Positions 34,348-42,793 of a stretch of 64,000 nucleotides of DNA are shown here, one piece after another. The stretch is from Candidatus Saccharimonadota bacterium (lineage in GTDB: Bacteria; Patescibacteriota; Saccharimonadia; Saccharimonadales; Saccharimonadaceae), in contig WRMD01000002.1 of NCBI GenBank assembly GCA_009777315.1, forward strand, positions 10,401-74,400, in the 5' to 3' direction. The notes beneath the pieces were generated by a model. That model saw nothing but the letters and a program-made list of their open reading frames with translations, did not search any database and had not been told where the DNA came from. The position numbers were made by a program, and so were the translations under genes. Position 1 is the first letter of the stretch, and every line of letters starts with the position of its first letter.

Positions 34348-35381
34348 TCTAGCAAGCCGGCGTCTTGAAGTATAACAACAAGGCCGTCGTATAGTAAATT
34401 AGGATTCTCGACTTGCCCGGTGGAGGATGGAGCGGCTCGAACGTTTAGGCTGACGCCGTTGATTTGAGCGGTGAGGAAGAGTAGGGTTTGCGCGCGAATG
34501 GTGTGGAAGTCGGAGGTCACGAGCACGATATTAGTGAACCCGCGGGAGGTAATTATCGGGAGGGAGAAGCGCATGTTCTCGATGGTGGTGCCGGAAGCTT
34601 GTTCGACGATGATTCGGCTTTCGGCGATGCCGTTGTCGATTAGCCACTGCTGCATTTGCTCGGCTTCGGTGGTGCCTCCCCTTGGCACACCGCCGGTGAC
34701 CAAGAAGGTTGGGTTGTCAAACTGGGCTGCGGTCGCGAGGGCTTTCTCGAGTCGACCGGTGAGGATGCTGGTCATTTGGCCATCGGGAGCTAGGGCGTGG
34801 CCGAGTATCATGATGAGAGGGCTACCGGAGGCGGGGCCAGGTGGAACGAGATGGTTTTGTTGTGATATATCGCTGAGGTAGGCGAGAGTGGCGGATACGG
34901 CGCTATACGTTTCGGGGCGAGCGTGACTTTGTAACGTGGCTAGTTTATCTTGGTAGGACGTGAGAAGCTGGCTGTCTTGGAGCATTTGGCGATGGAGGCG
35001 GAAAACGTCTTCGACTAAGTCAATGACTCTGGGCGGCTGGGGGCTGGGAGCGTTAGGGGCGGCGATGCTGGGTCGTGTGGCTGATGGTGCAGATATACGT
35101 CGAGTCTCCGCGTGAGTGGGCTCCTCGGGGATGTGCGGCAGGGTGTCGGGGTCCTGCCGCTGGACAGGATAGTCGTGTTGCAAGCGGCCGGAGAGTTCGT
35201 GCTGCTGGATGTCGTGCGGGGCTTCGGCGGAGGGTTGAGCCGCGTGGAGCCAAAAAGCGCCGCAGAGGAGGCCGGTGGCTGCTACAACCGCTGCTGTTAT
35301 TAAAGCCGGTCTACTAGTTGGTTTGTTTTTGGTTTTTAGCTTCTTGACTTTGACGGTTTTTGTGACTTTTTTAGGGTGCAT
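34344..35381 (-). CDS. DUF218 (YdcF/SanA-like) domain protein with N-terminal anchor and Pro-rich linker
   Basis: The core is LVTGGVPRGGTTEAEQMQQWL...IIVEQASGTTIENM. I prefer the ATG at 35381 (MHPKKV...) because TGcTACAAT ends 6 nt upstream. The track start is 35426. Confidence 0.6.
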   Translation of the reverse strand: MHPKKVTKTVKVKKLKTKNKPTSRPALITAAVVAATGLLCGAFWLHAAQPSAEAPHDIQQHELSGRLQHDYPVQRQDPDTLPHIPEEPTHAETRRISAPSATRPSIAAPNAPSPQPPRVIDLVEDVFRLHRQMLQDSQLLTSYQDKLATLQSHARPETYSAVSATLAYLSDISQQNHLVPPGPASGSPLIMILGHALAPDGQMTSILTGRLEKALATAAQFDNPTFLVTGGVPRGGTTEAEQMQQWLIDNGIAESRIIVEQASGTTIENMRFSLPIITSRGFTNIVLVTSDFHTIRAQTLLFLTAQINGVSLNVRAAPSSTGQVENPNLLYDGLVVILQDAGLLD

Positions 35382-35387
35382 GGGTTT

Positions 35388-35396
35388 ATTGTAGCA
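35388..35396 (-). promoter_or_regulatory. extended -10 promoter (TGcTACAAT), leaderless
   Basis: The reverse complement reads tgctacaat-aaaccc-ATG. Confidence 0.45.
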
Positions 35397-35449
35397 CAGA
35401 TTGTCGGTACGAGACGTAGGCGCCATAACCGTTTATGGTATACTTAGGT

Positions 35450-36394
35450 ATGAATAAGGTGGTAGTTATAGGCACAGGCAATGTGGGCATGAGTTATGCT
35501 TATGCGTTGCTGAACCAGAAGACCTCAGTAGATGAGCTTTTTTTGGTGGATATTAATCGGAAGGACGCGGAGGGCGAGGCGCTGGATTTGCACGACGCGC
35601 TGGGGTTTAGTCCGAGCACGTTTAAGATTAGGGCGGGGTCGTATGCGGACTGTAAAGACGCAAAGATGGTAGTGATCACGGCAGGGGCTCGGCAAGCGGA
35701 AGGTGAGACGCGGATGGATCTTTTGGTGAAAAATACGGCGATGGTCAAGGACATGGTGTCGCAGATTATGCGTGCCGGGTTTAATGGGATTTTTTTGGTG
35801 GTGACGAACCCGATGGATGTGATGACATATTTGGTGTGGCAGTATTCAGGACTACCGCATAGCCAGGTGATTGGTAGTGGAACGGTGCTGGATAGTAGCC
35901 GACTGATGTATGCGGTGGCGCATAAGATCAAGGTGAGTCCGCGGGATATTCACGCGTATGTGGTGGGCGAGCATGGAGATAGTGAGTTCGTGCCGTGGAG
36001 CGTAGGGACCGTGGGCTTAGAGAGTATCAGTATGTTCCTGGGGACGGATACGATGCGAGATATTGAGCATCGGGTGCGAAATCAGGCGTATGAGATTATT
36101 AAGCGGAAGGGTGCGACGCATTACGGAATCGGTGTGTGCATGGCGCGGATTACGCGGGCGATTTTGAATAACGAACGGGCGATTCTGCCGGTGTCGAACT
36201 ATGATCCGTATAGTAGGATTTATTTCGGCTGGCCGGCGATTGTCGAGCGGAATGGGGTGAAACGGCGAGTAGCGCTACGACTAATGGCGGGCGAGCAGAA
36301 GAAGCTGGAGAAGTCGGTGGCGACAATCAAGGAAGCGATTAAAGAGGCGCGAGCGGCGGAGAAATCTACCGGCGGGACGAGTGGAAAAGCTTGA
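35450..36394 (+). CDS. ldh: L-lactate dehydrogenase
   Basis: Motifs VVVIGTGNVGMSYAY, ITAGARQ and GEHGDSEF. TGgTATACT ends 5 nt before the ATG at 35450. The track start is 35435. Confidence 0.85.
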   Translation: MNKVVVIGTGNVGMSYAYALLNQKTSVDELFLVDINRKDAEGEALDLHDALGFSPSTFKIRAGSYADCKDAKMVVITAGARQAEGETRMDLLVKNTAMVKDMVSQIMRAGFNGIFLVVTNPMDVMTYLVWQYSGLPHSQVIGSGTVLDSSRLMYAVAHKIKVSPRDIHAYVVGEHGDSEFVPWSVGTVGLESISMFLGTDTMRDIEHRVRNQAYEIIKRKGATHYGIGVCMARITRAILNNERAILPVSNYDPYSRIYFGWPAIVERNGVKRRVALRLMAGEQKKLEKSVATIKEAIKEARAAEKSTGGTSGKA

Positions 36395-36677
36395 CGAACA
36401 AATACCGGGGCTAGGAGAGCGACCGGAAGTTCCGGAGGCGTTGACCGGCGCGGTGCCGGAAAAAGAGAAGCCGATAATCCCGCTGACGCCGACAACTGAA
36501 GTGAAAGTAGGTGATGTGGTGCTGGGGCCGGATGGGCTGCCGATTGAGGTGGTGTCGACTGAGGAAGCGGCGGAATATAATAAAGTGAAGCCGCGGAGCA
36601 AGGTGGGGTTTTTGCTCGGGGCGATAGTGGTGTTTGCAGTGGTGGCGTTTGTGATGATGAGGATGCTCGGTAGCTAG
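36381..36677 (+). CDS. hypothetical protein with C-terminal membrane helix
   Basis: 98-aa ORF with a GTG start that overlaps the ldh end. The C-terminus is FLLGAIVVFAVVAFVMM. Support is weak. Confidence 0.3.
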   Translation: MEKLDEQIPGLGERPEVPEALTGAVPEKEKPIIPLTPTTEVKVGDVVLGPDGLPIEVVSTEEAAEYNKVKPRSKVGFLLGAIVVFAVVAFVMMRMLGS

Positions 36678-36716
36678 AAAATTATTGCGTGTATTGCGGC
36701 CGGAAGGTCGCGTTGC

Positions 36717-37502
36717 TTAGAAGGTGAAGAAAAGCAGGTAGAAGGCGAGGCCGTTTTTGACGGCGTGGAGGAGGATGGGGGCATAGATAGTGCCGGTGAT
36801 TTCGCGGAGGCCGCAGGCGACGAGGGCGAGGGCAAAGGTGGCGACGGCGACGTTGAGTTGGCCGTGAGCGATGGCGAAGAGGAGGCTGGAGATAATGACG
36901 GCGGCTACGGTGGGAAGACCGCTCTTGAGCTTAGAGTAGAGGACACCGCGGAAGATGGCTTCTTCGAGGATAGGAACGACGACGACGAGGGCGAGAAAGG
37001 CAATGAAGAAATCGGCGCCGGAGCGGAGGAAACTGAAACCGCCGATATACTGATCTTGCTCCCAGTTGGCGCCGGGGAGGAGGCGTTGGAAGCCCCAAAG
37101 TAGACCGGCGGAAAGGAGAATGTAGGGGATCATGCCGGCGACGCCGAGGAAAATATCAGCCCAGGTGGGCCAGCCGGTGAGGCCGATTTCCTTGCGGGTG
37201 GTTTTGATTTTCTTGATGAGGTAGGGGGGGCCGATGGTGAAGAAGAGGACGAGGGCGTTGACGATGGTGGTGACGATGGCGGTGCCAAAAGGAGTGCTCA
37301 GGCGATGGGTGACTTCGTCGGGGAGAGCCCAGATGAAGGGGACGACGACGAGGTTGGCAAGGGCAAAGGAGGCGATGATCCAGAGGGTCCAATATAACCA
37401 GGCTAGCTTGGGTTGACGTTGGCTCGTTCTCCTAGACACAGAATCAGAATGACCCTCGCCTGTCGTCACGGGGAGGGTGACCTTATTAAAGTTGCGGCTC
37501 AT
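36717..37502 (-). CDS. CPBP family intramembrane glutamic endopeptidase (CAAX protease-like)
   Basis: Motifs EEAIFRGVLY and FAIAHG. Confidence 0.75.
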   Translation of the reverse strand: MSRNFNKVTLPVTTGEGHSDSVSRRTSQRQPKLAWLYWTLWIIASFALANLVVVPFIWALPDEVTHRLSTPFGTAIVTTIVNALVLFFTIGPPYLIKKIKTTRKEIGLTGWPTWADIFLGVAGMIPYILLSAGLLWGFQRLLPGANWEQDQYIGGFSFLRSGADFFIAFLALVVVVPILEEAIFRGVLYSKLKSGLPTVAAVIISSLLFAIAHGQLNVAVATFALALVACGLREITGTIYAPILLHAVKNGLAFYLLFFTF

Positions 37503-38779
37503 TAGAAGAGCCTTACTACGTCAAGAATGATGATGAGGCCGCCAAGGGCGAGGACGGCGACGAAGGAATAGGTGATGAGTTTTTGTTCGCGCTCTTCGGA
37601 GAGGGGCTTGCCGCGGAGTTTGGCGACGAGAAGCATGAGCCAGCGGCCGCCGTCGAGGGCGGGGATGGGGAGGAGGTTCATGACGGCGAGGGAGAGGGAG
37701 ATAATGGCGACGAGGAGGAGGATCATACTGGGGCCGGCGGCGGTGGCGTTCGGGAAGATGATGCCGATGATGCCGACGGGGCCAGTGACGCCGTCGCTCG
37801 CGGCGGAGATTTCGGCGCGGCCGGCTTCGCGGGTGTCGGAGGCAGGGTGGAACTGGCGGACGAGACCGGAACCGAGATTAGAAAAGATGGTGCCGACGCC
37901 GCGGATGGTTTCGCCGGTGAGCTGGGCGGTGAGGGCGATGCCGACGAGAGGGGCGCTCCAGGTGGCGTAGATGCGTTCGCTGGATTCGGCGGAGAGGCCG
38001 AGGTAGCCGCGGCCATCTTGGCCGTCGTTAAGGGTGACCGTTTTAGTAAACTCATAGGTATGCTGCGTACCGCATACGGCGGCGCCGTTAAAGGGTGGCA
38101 TGTCGGGGTCTTGGCAAGTGGTGCCGGTACGGCGGGCGATAACTTCGACGGTTTCGCCGGCGTGGGCGGCAGTGATGTTGGGGAGGACGGCGGCGCTAGG
38201 GACGGGCGTGCCGGCAACGCTGATGATTTCGTCGCCGAGACTGAAGCCGGCTTCGGCGGCGGGGGAGCCTTCGAGGAGGCGAGAGACGGTGACAGAGCTG
38301 GAGACGATGCGGGTGTCGGCGGGGATGTGGACTTGGTTGGCGAGGAGGCGAGGCATGCCGGTCCACATAAGGGTGGTGAAGATGAGGGCGGCGGTGAGGA
38401 GGTTCATGAGGACGCCACCGAAGAGGATGAGGGTTTTGGCTTTGAAGGTGGCGGCACCGAAAGAGCCTTTGGAGATGTCTTGGCTGGATTCGCCTTTCAT
38501 GCGGCAGAAGCCGCCGATGGGGAGCCAGTTGAGCGAGAAGATGAAGGGGCGAAGGCGGGGTTGGCCTTTTTTGGGTTTGGGGTCTTTGATTTTGTCGGAC
38601 TTTTTAAAGAGGTCGCGGAAGCGGCGGGTTTTCTTTTGCCAAGCCTTGGGTGGCATGCCGATGCCGAACTCTTCGACATAGACGCCGCCACGACGAGCCG
38701 CCCAAAAATGGCCGAGCTCGTGGAGAGTGACGATAAGGGTGAGGGCGATGAGCCCGATGATGATTCCGAGGAATAGCAT
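37502..38779 (-). CDS. rseP: site-2 protease, M50 family (RseP-like) with PDZ domain
   Basis: Motifs HELGHFWAARRGG and NLLPIPALDGG. I prefer the ATG at 38779 (MLFLGIII...) because TGTATAAT ends 6 nt upstream. The track start is 38830. Confidence 0.8.
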   Translation of the reverse strand: MLFLGIIIGLIALTLIVTLHELGHFWAARRGGVYVEEFGIGMPPKAWQKKTRRFRDLFKKSDKIKDPKPKKGQPRLRPFIFSLNWLPIGGFCRMKGESSQDISKGSFGAATFKAKTLILFGGVLMNLLTAALIFTTLMWTGMPRLLANQVHIPADTRIVSSSVTVSRLLEGSPAAEAGFSLGDEIISVAGTPVPSAAVLPNITAAHAGETVEVIARRTGTTCQDPDMPPFNGAAVCGTQHTYEFTKTVTLNDGQDGRGYLGLSAESSERIYATWSAPLVGIALTAQLTGETIRGVGTIFSNLGSGLVRQFHPASDTREAGRAEISAASDGVTGPVGIIGIIFPNATAAGPSMILLLVAIISLSLAVMNLLPIPALDGGRWLMLLVAKLRGKPLSEEREQKLITYSFVAVLALGGLIIILDVVRLF

Positions 38780-38785
38780 GTAATT

Positions 38786-38793
38786 ATTATACA
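38786..38793 (-). promoter_or_regulatory. -10 promoter (TGTATAAT), leaderless rseP
   Basis: The reverse complement reads ctgtataat-aattac-ATG. Confidence 0.45.
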
Positions 38794-38821
38794 GTACGAA
38801 TGGATCTTTGTCTCGCATCCT

Positions 38822-39032
38822 TCTCCCCACCCCCTACGGGTAGACACAGCGGAGGGATGCAGCCCAAGATTTAGAGTGTGTGTAGGTGGCAGTTGATATG
38901 CGAGAAGCTACAATGTCGCCTCTATTTGCCTGGTCGTCAGAGAAGAGGGAAGGGTGCCAAAAGTTAGCAGCGCCTGATTGAATGGTCACACCATTGGGCG
39001 CAAGGAAGTCGTTAGACGAGACAGTGGCGAAG
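38822..39032 (-). repeat. hypervariable cassette arm L14 (element 38822-39158)
   Basis: Outer boundary at 38822-38856 and inner boundary at 39020-39032. Open frame: FATVSSNDFLAPNGVTIQSGAANFWHPSLFSDDQANRGDIVASRISTATYTHSKSWAASLRCVYP*. Confidence 0.9.
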
Positions 39033-39058
39033 TTGGTCTAGCTCGCTAAAACTCACGG

Positions 39059-39158
39059 GAGTCGGTGTCGCAAATATCCACTCCGGTATGCATACGGGCA
39101 GCTTAGGCAAAGCTTTTGGCCATTCCCTTCGCTGTGTCTACCCGTAGGGGGTGGGGAG
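39059..39158 (+). repeat. truncated cassette arm R15 (C-terminal ~30 codons only)
   Basis: There is no inner boundary. The frame is ...GVGVANIHSGMHTGSLGKAFGHSLRCVYP* with TAG at 39145-39147. The Leu codon is ctt. Confidence 0.75.
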
Positions 39159-39172
39159 ATTTTGGCAAATTC

Positions 39173-39249
39173 TGGTGAGTCGGGTGGGACTCGAACCCAC
39201 GACACCCAGATTAAGAGTCTAGTGCTCTAACCAGCTGAGCTACCGACCC
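39173..39249 (-). tRNA. tRNA-Lys (anticodon CUU)
   Basis: The reverse complement is GGGTCGGTAGCTCAGCTGGTTAGAGCACTAGACTCTTAATCTGGGTGTCGTGGGTTCGAGTCCCACCCGACTCACCA. Confidence 0.9.
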
Positions 39250-39307
39250 ACAAGAATGTGGCAAAATCTGGGTAGATTATATCATATTCAGTTGATGAAG
39301 ACAATGG

Positions 39308-39517
39308 TCCCTTCGCCACTGTCACGGATAGCCAGTTTGTTGTGCAACAGGGTTTAGTTGGGCCGGGGACACGCGCTTTCTTTTGGACTTCATCTTTGAT
39401 TTCAAGTTCTAACCCAACTTACATATGGATTATGCCAACAGCAGTTGATATGTCGCGTTCTGATCGAGCCAAAGACCCTGGCTTCTCTCTCCGCTGTGTC
39501 TACCCGTAGGGGGTGGT
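39308..39517 (+). repeat. hypervariable cassette arm R16 (solo)
   Basis: Inner boundary tcccttcgccactgtc at 39308-39323 and TAG at 39507-39509. The G-tail is degenerate (gggggtggtgtg). Open frame: FATVTDSQFVVQQGLVGPGTRAFFWTSSLISSSNPTYIWIMPTAVDMSRSDRAKDPGFSLRCVYP*. Confidence 0.9.
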
Positions 39518-39534
39518 GTGTTAAAATATGGCAT

Positions 39535-39882
39535 ATGAGGAAGTCTTTTTTAATTATCCTTCACCTTGCGCTGACCATCGCTACATACACTTCTTGGCTC
39601 TGGCTGGGATGGGGTTTTGTTGCATTGATCGGCCTTGTGCATATCGCCTACCTAGAAGTTTACCAGGGGTGCCATCTGTCGAGGAAACAGTTCGGCAACT
39701 CGGAGGACAAATTTTACGAATGGTGGATGAGTAAGCTCGGCATCAAGGTCAAAGACCGCCAAAAGACGCGAATTTTCATGACTTACGTAGTGCCGCTTAT
39801 CGTCGCGGTCATTGCGCTTGTGTGGCAAGTTGTTTTGGGCTTCGCGCCGTTGCTGCAGATCCTCCCCACCCCCTATGGGTAG
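39535..39882 (+). CDS. hypothetical small membrane protein
   Basis: MRKSFLIILHLALTIATYTSWLWLGWGFVALIGLV... TGtTAAAAT ends 7 nt before the ATG. The last 7 codons and the stop (ILPTPYG*) lie inside arm terminus L17. Confidence 0.55.
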   Translation: MRKSFLIILHLALTIATYTSWLWLGWGFVALIGLVHIAYLEVYQGCHLSRKQFGNSEDKFYEWWMSKLGIKVKDRQKTRIFMTYVVPLIVAVIALVWQVVLGFAPLLQILPTPYG

Positions 39883-40072
39883 ACACAGCGGAGGGAGAAG
39901 CCGGTAGACTTGCCGCCAGTGCTACCGAGCATGTTAATTGAAGAAATATTTATAATTGGGTAGGCTGGAGGATTCGCTCCTGTCATAGACGCTGCCCACC
40001 ATGATGTGCGATCGGACATTTGAAAGACACCATTAGAAGCACTCATATAGCCACCCGAGACAGTGGCGAAGG
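39861..40072 (-). repeat. hypervariable cassette arm L17 (element 39861-40335)
   Basis: Outer boundary at 39861-39895 with the Pro codon cca (synonymous). Inner boundary at 40059-40072. Open frame: FATVSGGYMSASNGVFQMSDRTSWWAASMTGANPPAYPIINISSINMLGSTGGKSTGFSLRCVYP*. Confidence 0.9.
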
Positions 40073-40075
40073 AAA

Positions 40076-40101
40076 GTACGAAACTTTATAAAGTTTCGTA
40101 C
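40076..40101. repeat. 26-bp perfect palindrome gtacgaaactttataaagtttcgtac
   Basis: Self-complementary by inspection. Confidence 0.85.
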
Positions 40102-40125
40102 CCTCTCCCTGGAAACTCTCGAAGC

Positions 40126-40335
40126 CTCCTTCGCCACTGTCTCACAGGATATCCTGCTTGTTGCTACTGGCCTACTTAGTCAATCCGCTAGAGCAACATG
40201 GTGGTCAGCTGGTAATAATACCGGTACTACGTCATCAACTATTTCTATGGGAGTGGCTGATATAACTATGGCAGAATCCGGAGCCCTAAGATCTGACGGC
40301 AGATCCCTCCGCTGTGTCTATCCGTAGGGGGTGGG
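40126..40335 (+). repeat. hypervariable cassette arm R18 (element 39861-40335)
   Basis: Inner boundary at 40126-40141 and TAG at 40324-40326. The Tyr codon is tat (synonymous). Open frame: FATVSQDILLVATGLLSQSARATWWSAGNNTGTTSSTISMGVADITMAESGALRSDGRSLRCVYP*. Confidence 0.9.
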
Positions 40336-40338
40336 ACG

Positions 40339-40725
40339 TTACGGCCAGTCGTGAGGGGGTTCGTAGCAAACTTCAAAAGTGACTCCGGCGAGTGAGACTT
40401 TGTAGAGGTGGTAGGTGTAGGTGAGGAAGGGGGAGAGGTCTTCGATGGCGGTGGTTTCGAGGTCGGGGTATGTGGATTTGACGCGGGCGTGGCTGTTCTC
40501 GAATTCGTCTTGGCTGGCAAACTTGACGTGGATGGCGCCGGTGAGGGAGGTTTCGCCGTCCCAGTCGTCGGGTTGCCAGAGCCAAAGGTAAGATTCGTCC
40601 GGGAAGGCTACGACGGTCGCCGCGCCGTCGAGATCGCTGCGGATGGCGACGTCGGGGCGGATAATTTTAAGGAGTTGAATGAGCTTTTCGGTGGTGTCAG
40701 GTCGGCTTTTGAGAAATATATCCAT
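40339..40725 (-). CDS. hypothetical protein
   Basis: The track ORF 40339-40779 opens with a GTG inside an arm remnant. I prefer the ATG at 40725 (MDIFLKSRPDTTEKLIQLLK...). I recognise no motif. Confidence 0.45.
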   Translation of the reverse strand: MDIFLKSRPDTTEKLIQLLKIIRPDVAIRSDLDGAATVVAFPDESYLWLWQPDDWDGETSLTGAIHVKFASQDEFENSHARVKSTYPDLETTAIEDLSPFLTYTYHLYKVSLAGVTFEVCYEPPHDWP

Positions 40726-40773
40726 AATTATTGATAGCTTATCGTAATAGTTGGGCGACGTCAAGCGAGTACG

Positions 40774-40788
40774 CTCCACCCCCTACGG
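40774..40788 (-). repeat. arm remnant L19 (15 nt of outer boundary)
   Basis: The sequence is ctccaccccctacgg. Confidence 0.5.
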
Positions 40789-40823
40789 ATGACAATTGCT
40801 GTCAAAACTGCTGTCAAACTAGA

Positions 40824-40859
40824 GAATAAAATAATTTCACAAAAATACAAGTGTGAAAT
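40824..40859 (-). terminator. hairpin terminator downstream of tRNA-Ala(UGC)
   Basis: Stem atttcaca/tgtgaaat at 40834-40859, followed on the minus strand by TATTTTATT. Confidence 0.5.
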
Positions 40860-40874
40860 AACAGAAGTAAATTG

Positions 40875-40951
40875 TGGTGGAGCAACAGGGACTCGAACCC
40901 TGGACCCCCTGCTTGCAAAGCAGGTGCTCTAGCCAACTGAGCTATTGCCCC
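40875..40951 (-). tRNA. tRNA-Ala (anticodon UGC)
   Basis: The reverse complement is GGGGCAATAGCTCAGTTGGCTAGAGCACCTGCTTTGCAAGCAGGGGGTCCAGGGTTCGAGTCCCTGTTGCTCCACCA. It has the G3:U70 pair. Confidence 0.9.
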
Positions 40952-40993
40952 ACTGAGACAGATTATATCACGATGTTTGCGAAATGCAAAGGG

Positions 40994-41272
40994 CTATTCG
41001 ATGATGTCGCCGGTGTGGGTGCTGACGCGAACTTCATGGATGAAGCCGTTTTGGAAGACTTCGACGGACCAGACGCGACGCCAATTTGCGAGCTTGATTT
41101 CGGGCGGGTTGGCGCGGTCGCCACCGATGTGTTCTATGGCGATTTGACGGGCTTCGTCGGCGGATATTTTGGCGGCTAAGGGATAGAAGAAAGCCGTGGC
41201 AGCGCAGATGATAGCAATAACGGCGAGGGCAAGGCTGAGTAGGGCAAGGATAAGCTTGTTTTTGCTGGGCAT
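40994..41272 (-). CDS. PepSY domain protein with N-terminal anchor
   Basis: ISADEARQIAIEHIGG...VWSVEV...HEVRVSTHTGDII. Confidence 0.6.
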   Translation of the reverse strand: MPSKNKLILALLSLALAVIAIICAATAFFYPLAAKISADEARQIAIEHIGGDRANPPEIKLANWRRVWSVEVFQNGFIHEVRVSTHTGDIIE

Positions 41273-41274
41273 GG

Positions 41275-41829
41275 CTAGACTTTCATGATTTCGGCGGATT
41301 TTTCGGAGAAAATGCCGTCAATTTTGGCGGTGAACTCGTGGGTAGCGTCGTCGATTTGCTTCTCGTAGCGTTTGAGCTCGTCCTCGCCGGCGGTTTTGGC
41401 TTCTTTGAGGGATTTGATGGCTTTCCTGGCATCTTCGCGGACGTTCCTTAGGGCAACTTTGGCGGCTTCGACCTTTTCGTTAGCGGTTTTGACGATTTCT
41501 TTGCGGCGTTCTTCGGTGAGGGGCGGGACAGGGACGCGAATAATGCGGCCGTCATCGGAAGGGTTGAGGCCGAGGGTGGGGTCGTTCCTGATAGCGCTTG
41601 TGATAGCTTCGATTTGTGAGGGGTCGAACGGGGTGATAACGAGCATAGTGGCATCGCTGACGGTGACATTAGCGGCGTGGGCGAGGGGGGTCGGGTTGCC
41701 ATACATGAGGACTTTGACCTCAGCTAGCATGTCGGGATGGGCGCGCCCGGTGCGGATTTTTTTCATTTCGCCGGTGAAGTGGGTCTCCACGTCCTGCATT
41801 TTGGTTTTCCATTGATCTAGATTGAACAT
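41275..41829 (-). CDS. frr: ribosome recycling factor
   Basis: 184 aa from the internal ATG (MFNLDQWKTKMQDVETHFTGEMKKIRTGRAHPDML...). The track ORF extends to 42093 across the rplY promoter, which is implausible. Confidence 0.9.
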   Translation of the reverse strand: MFNLDQWKTKMQDVETHFTGEMKKIRTGRAHPDMLAEVKVLMYGNPTPLAHAANVTVSDATMLVITPFDPSQIEAITSAIRNDPTLGLNPSDDGRIIRVPVPPLTEERRKEIVKTANEKVEAAKVALRNVREDARKAIKSLKEAKTAGEDELKRYEKQIDDATHEFTAKIDGIFSEKSAEIMKV

Positions 41830-41893
41830 ATCTTCTGCACACTCCTTTACATCTATTGTATCATATGCTATAATTGGCACAAATAGGAGAAAT

Positions 41894-42601
41894 ATGAGCG
41901 AGAAACTAGTGGCGGTCACCCGCACCGCAGCAGGTAAGCAAGCCAAAAAACTCCGGGCTAAAGGTCTGGTGATTGGGGTAATTTCAGGGAAAGGCGTGGA
42001 GCCGATGCTCTGGCAGGCGGAATATCTGCCGGCTGAGCGGGCGCTTGTGGGTGCCGGATACGCGACGCCGCTGGATGTGTCGATTGATGGCAAGGATTTT
42101 TTGTCGATGGTGAAGAACGTGGAGTTGCAGCCGGCGACGGGGAAGATCTTGAATGTTGAGTTGCAGGCGATTTCGAAGGATTCGATCGTTTGGGCTGAGA
42201 CGCCGATTGAGTTGATCGGCCTAGGTCAGAGCGAGGCCGAGAAGATGAAGTTGAATATCTTGCAGGTGCTTGAGACGCTGGAAGTGAAGGCGAAACCGGC
42301 CGACCTACCAGAGGCGATCGAGGTTGACGTGACCAAGCTCGCGACTGTGGATGACCGAATTACGTTGGCGGATGTGGTGTTGCCGAAGGGTGTGGAACTA
42401 GCGGATAAAGAGCTGTCGATGGATACGGTGATTGCGAATGTTTACGACGCGGCGGCTGAGGCGGCGGCGGAAGAAGCGCGAGAGGCGCAAGCTAAGGCAG
42501 AGGCTGAGGCGGCGGCTACGGTTGAAGGTGGTGCGACAACTGAGGGGGGTGGTGCGCCGGCGGCTGAAGGCGCAGAAGCGGCTCCGGCGGCTGAAAAATA
42601 G
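41894..42601 (+). CDS. rplY: ribosomal protein L25/Ctc family
   Basis: The sequence begins MSEKLVAVTRTAAGKQAKKLRAKGLVIGVISGKG and has an Ala/Glu-rich tail. AGGAGA lies 4-9 nt upstream, and TGcTATAAT is upstream of that. Confidence 0.85.
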   Translation: MSEKLVAVTRTAAGKQAKKLRAKGLVIGVISGKGVEPMLWQAEYLPAERALVGAGYATPLDVSIDGKDFLSMVKNVELQPATGKILNVELQAISKDSIVWAETPIELIGLGQSEAEKMKLNILQVLETLEVKAKPADLPEAIEVDVTKLATVDDRITLADVVLPKGVELADKELSMDTVIANVYDAAAEAAAEEAREAQAKAEAEAAATVEGGATTEGGGAPAAEGAEAAPAAEK

Positions 42602-42619
42602 CCTAGCGTAGAGTTTCAG

Positions 42620-42646
42620 AACCCCCTTGGTTTGCGAGGGGGTTTT
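42620..42646 (+). terminator. rho-independent terminator after rplY
   Basis: Stem aaccccct-tggtttgcg-agggggtt followed by TT. Confidence 0.7.
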
Positions 42647-42793
42647 GGCTGGTTTCGCCTTCGTGTGTTTTACGTGATTTCTCGTGGGCGAAAATTGTAT
42701 AATGCTGATGCTTGACTGGGGGCGGGGAGTGCGATAGTATAGAGGTAGCTGCTACAAAGCTATTTGTGTAGCAGGCAGTGAACCTTTCGGTTT

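Noticed and set aside
38780-38830. An rseP start at the track position inside the L14 terminus, with the G-rich tail acting as Shine-Dalgarno.
   Set aside because: The downstream ATG at 38779 has the genome-typical TGTATAAT-N6 leaderless context and gives the usual short N-terminus before HExxH. Read-through from the arm remains possible but is not needed.
41830-42093. The N-terminal 88-codon extension of the frr ORF.
   Set aside because: It runs across the rplY promoter and start on the opposite strand. The frr homology begins at the internal ATG at 41829.
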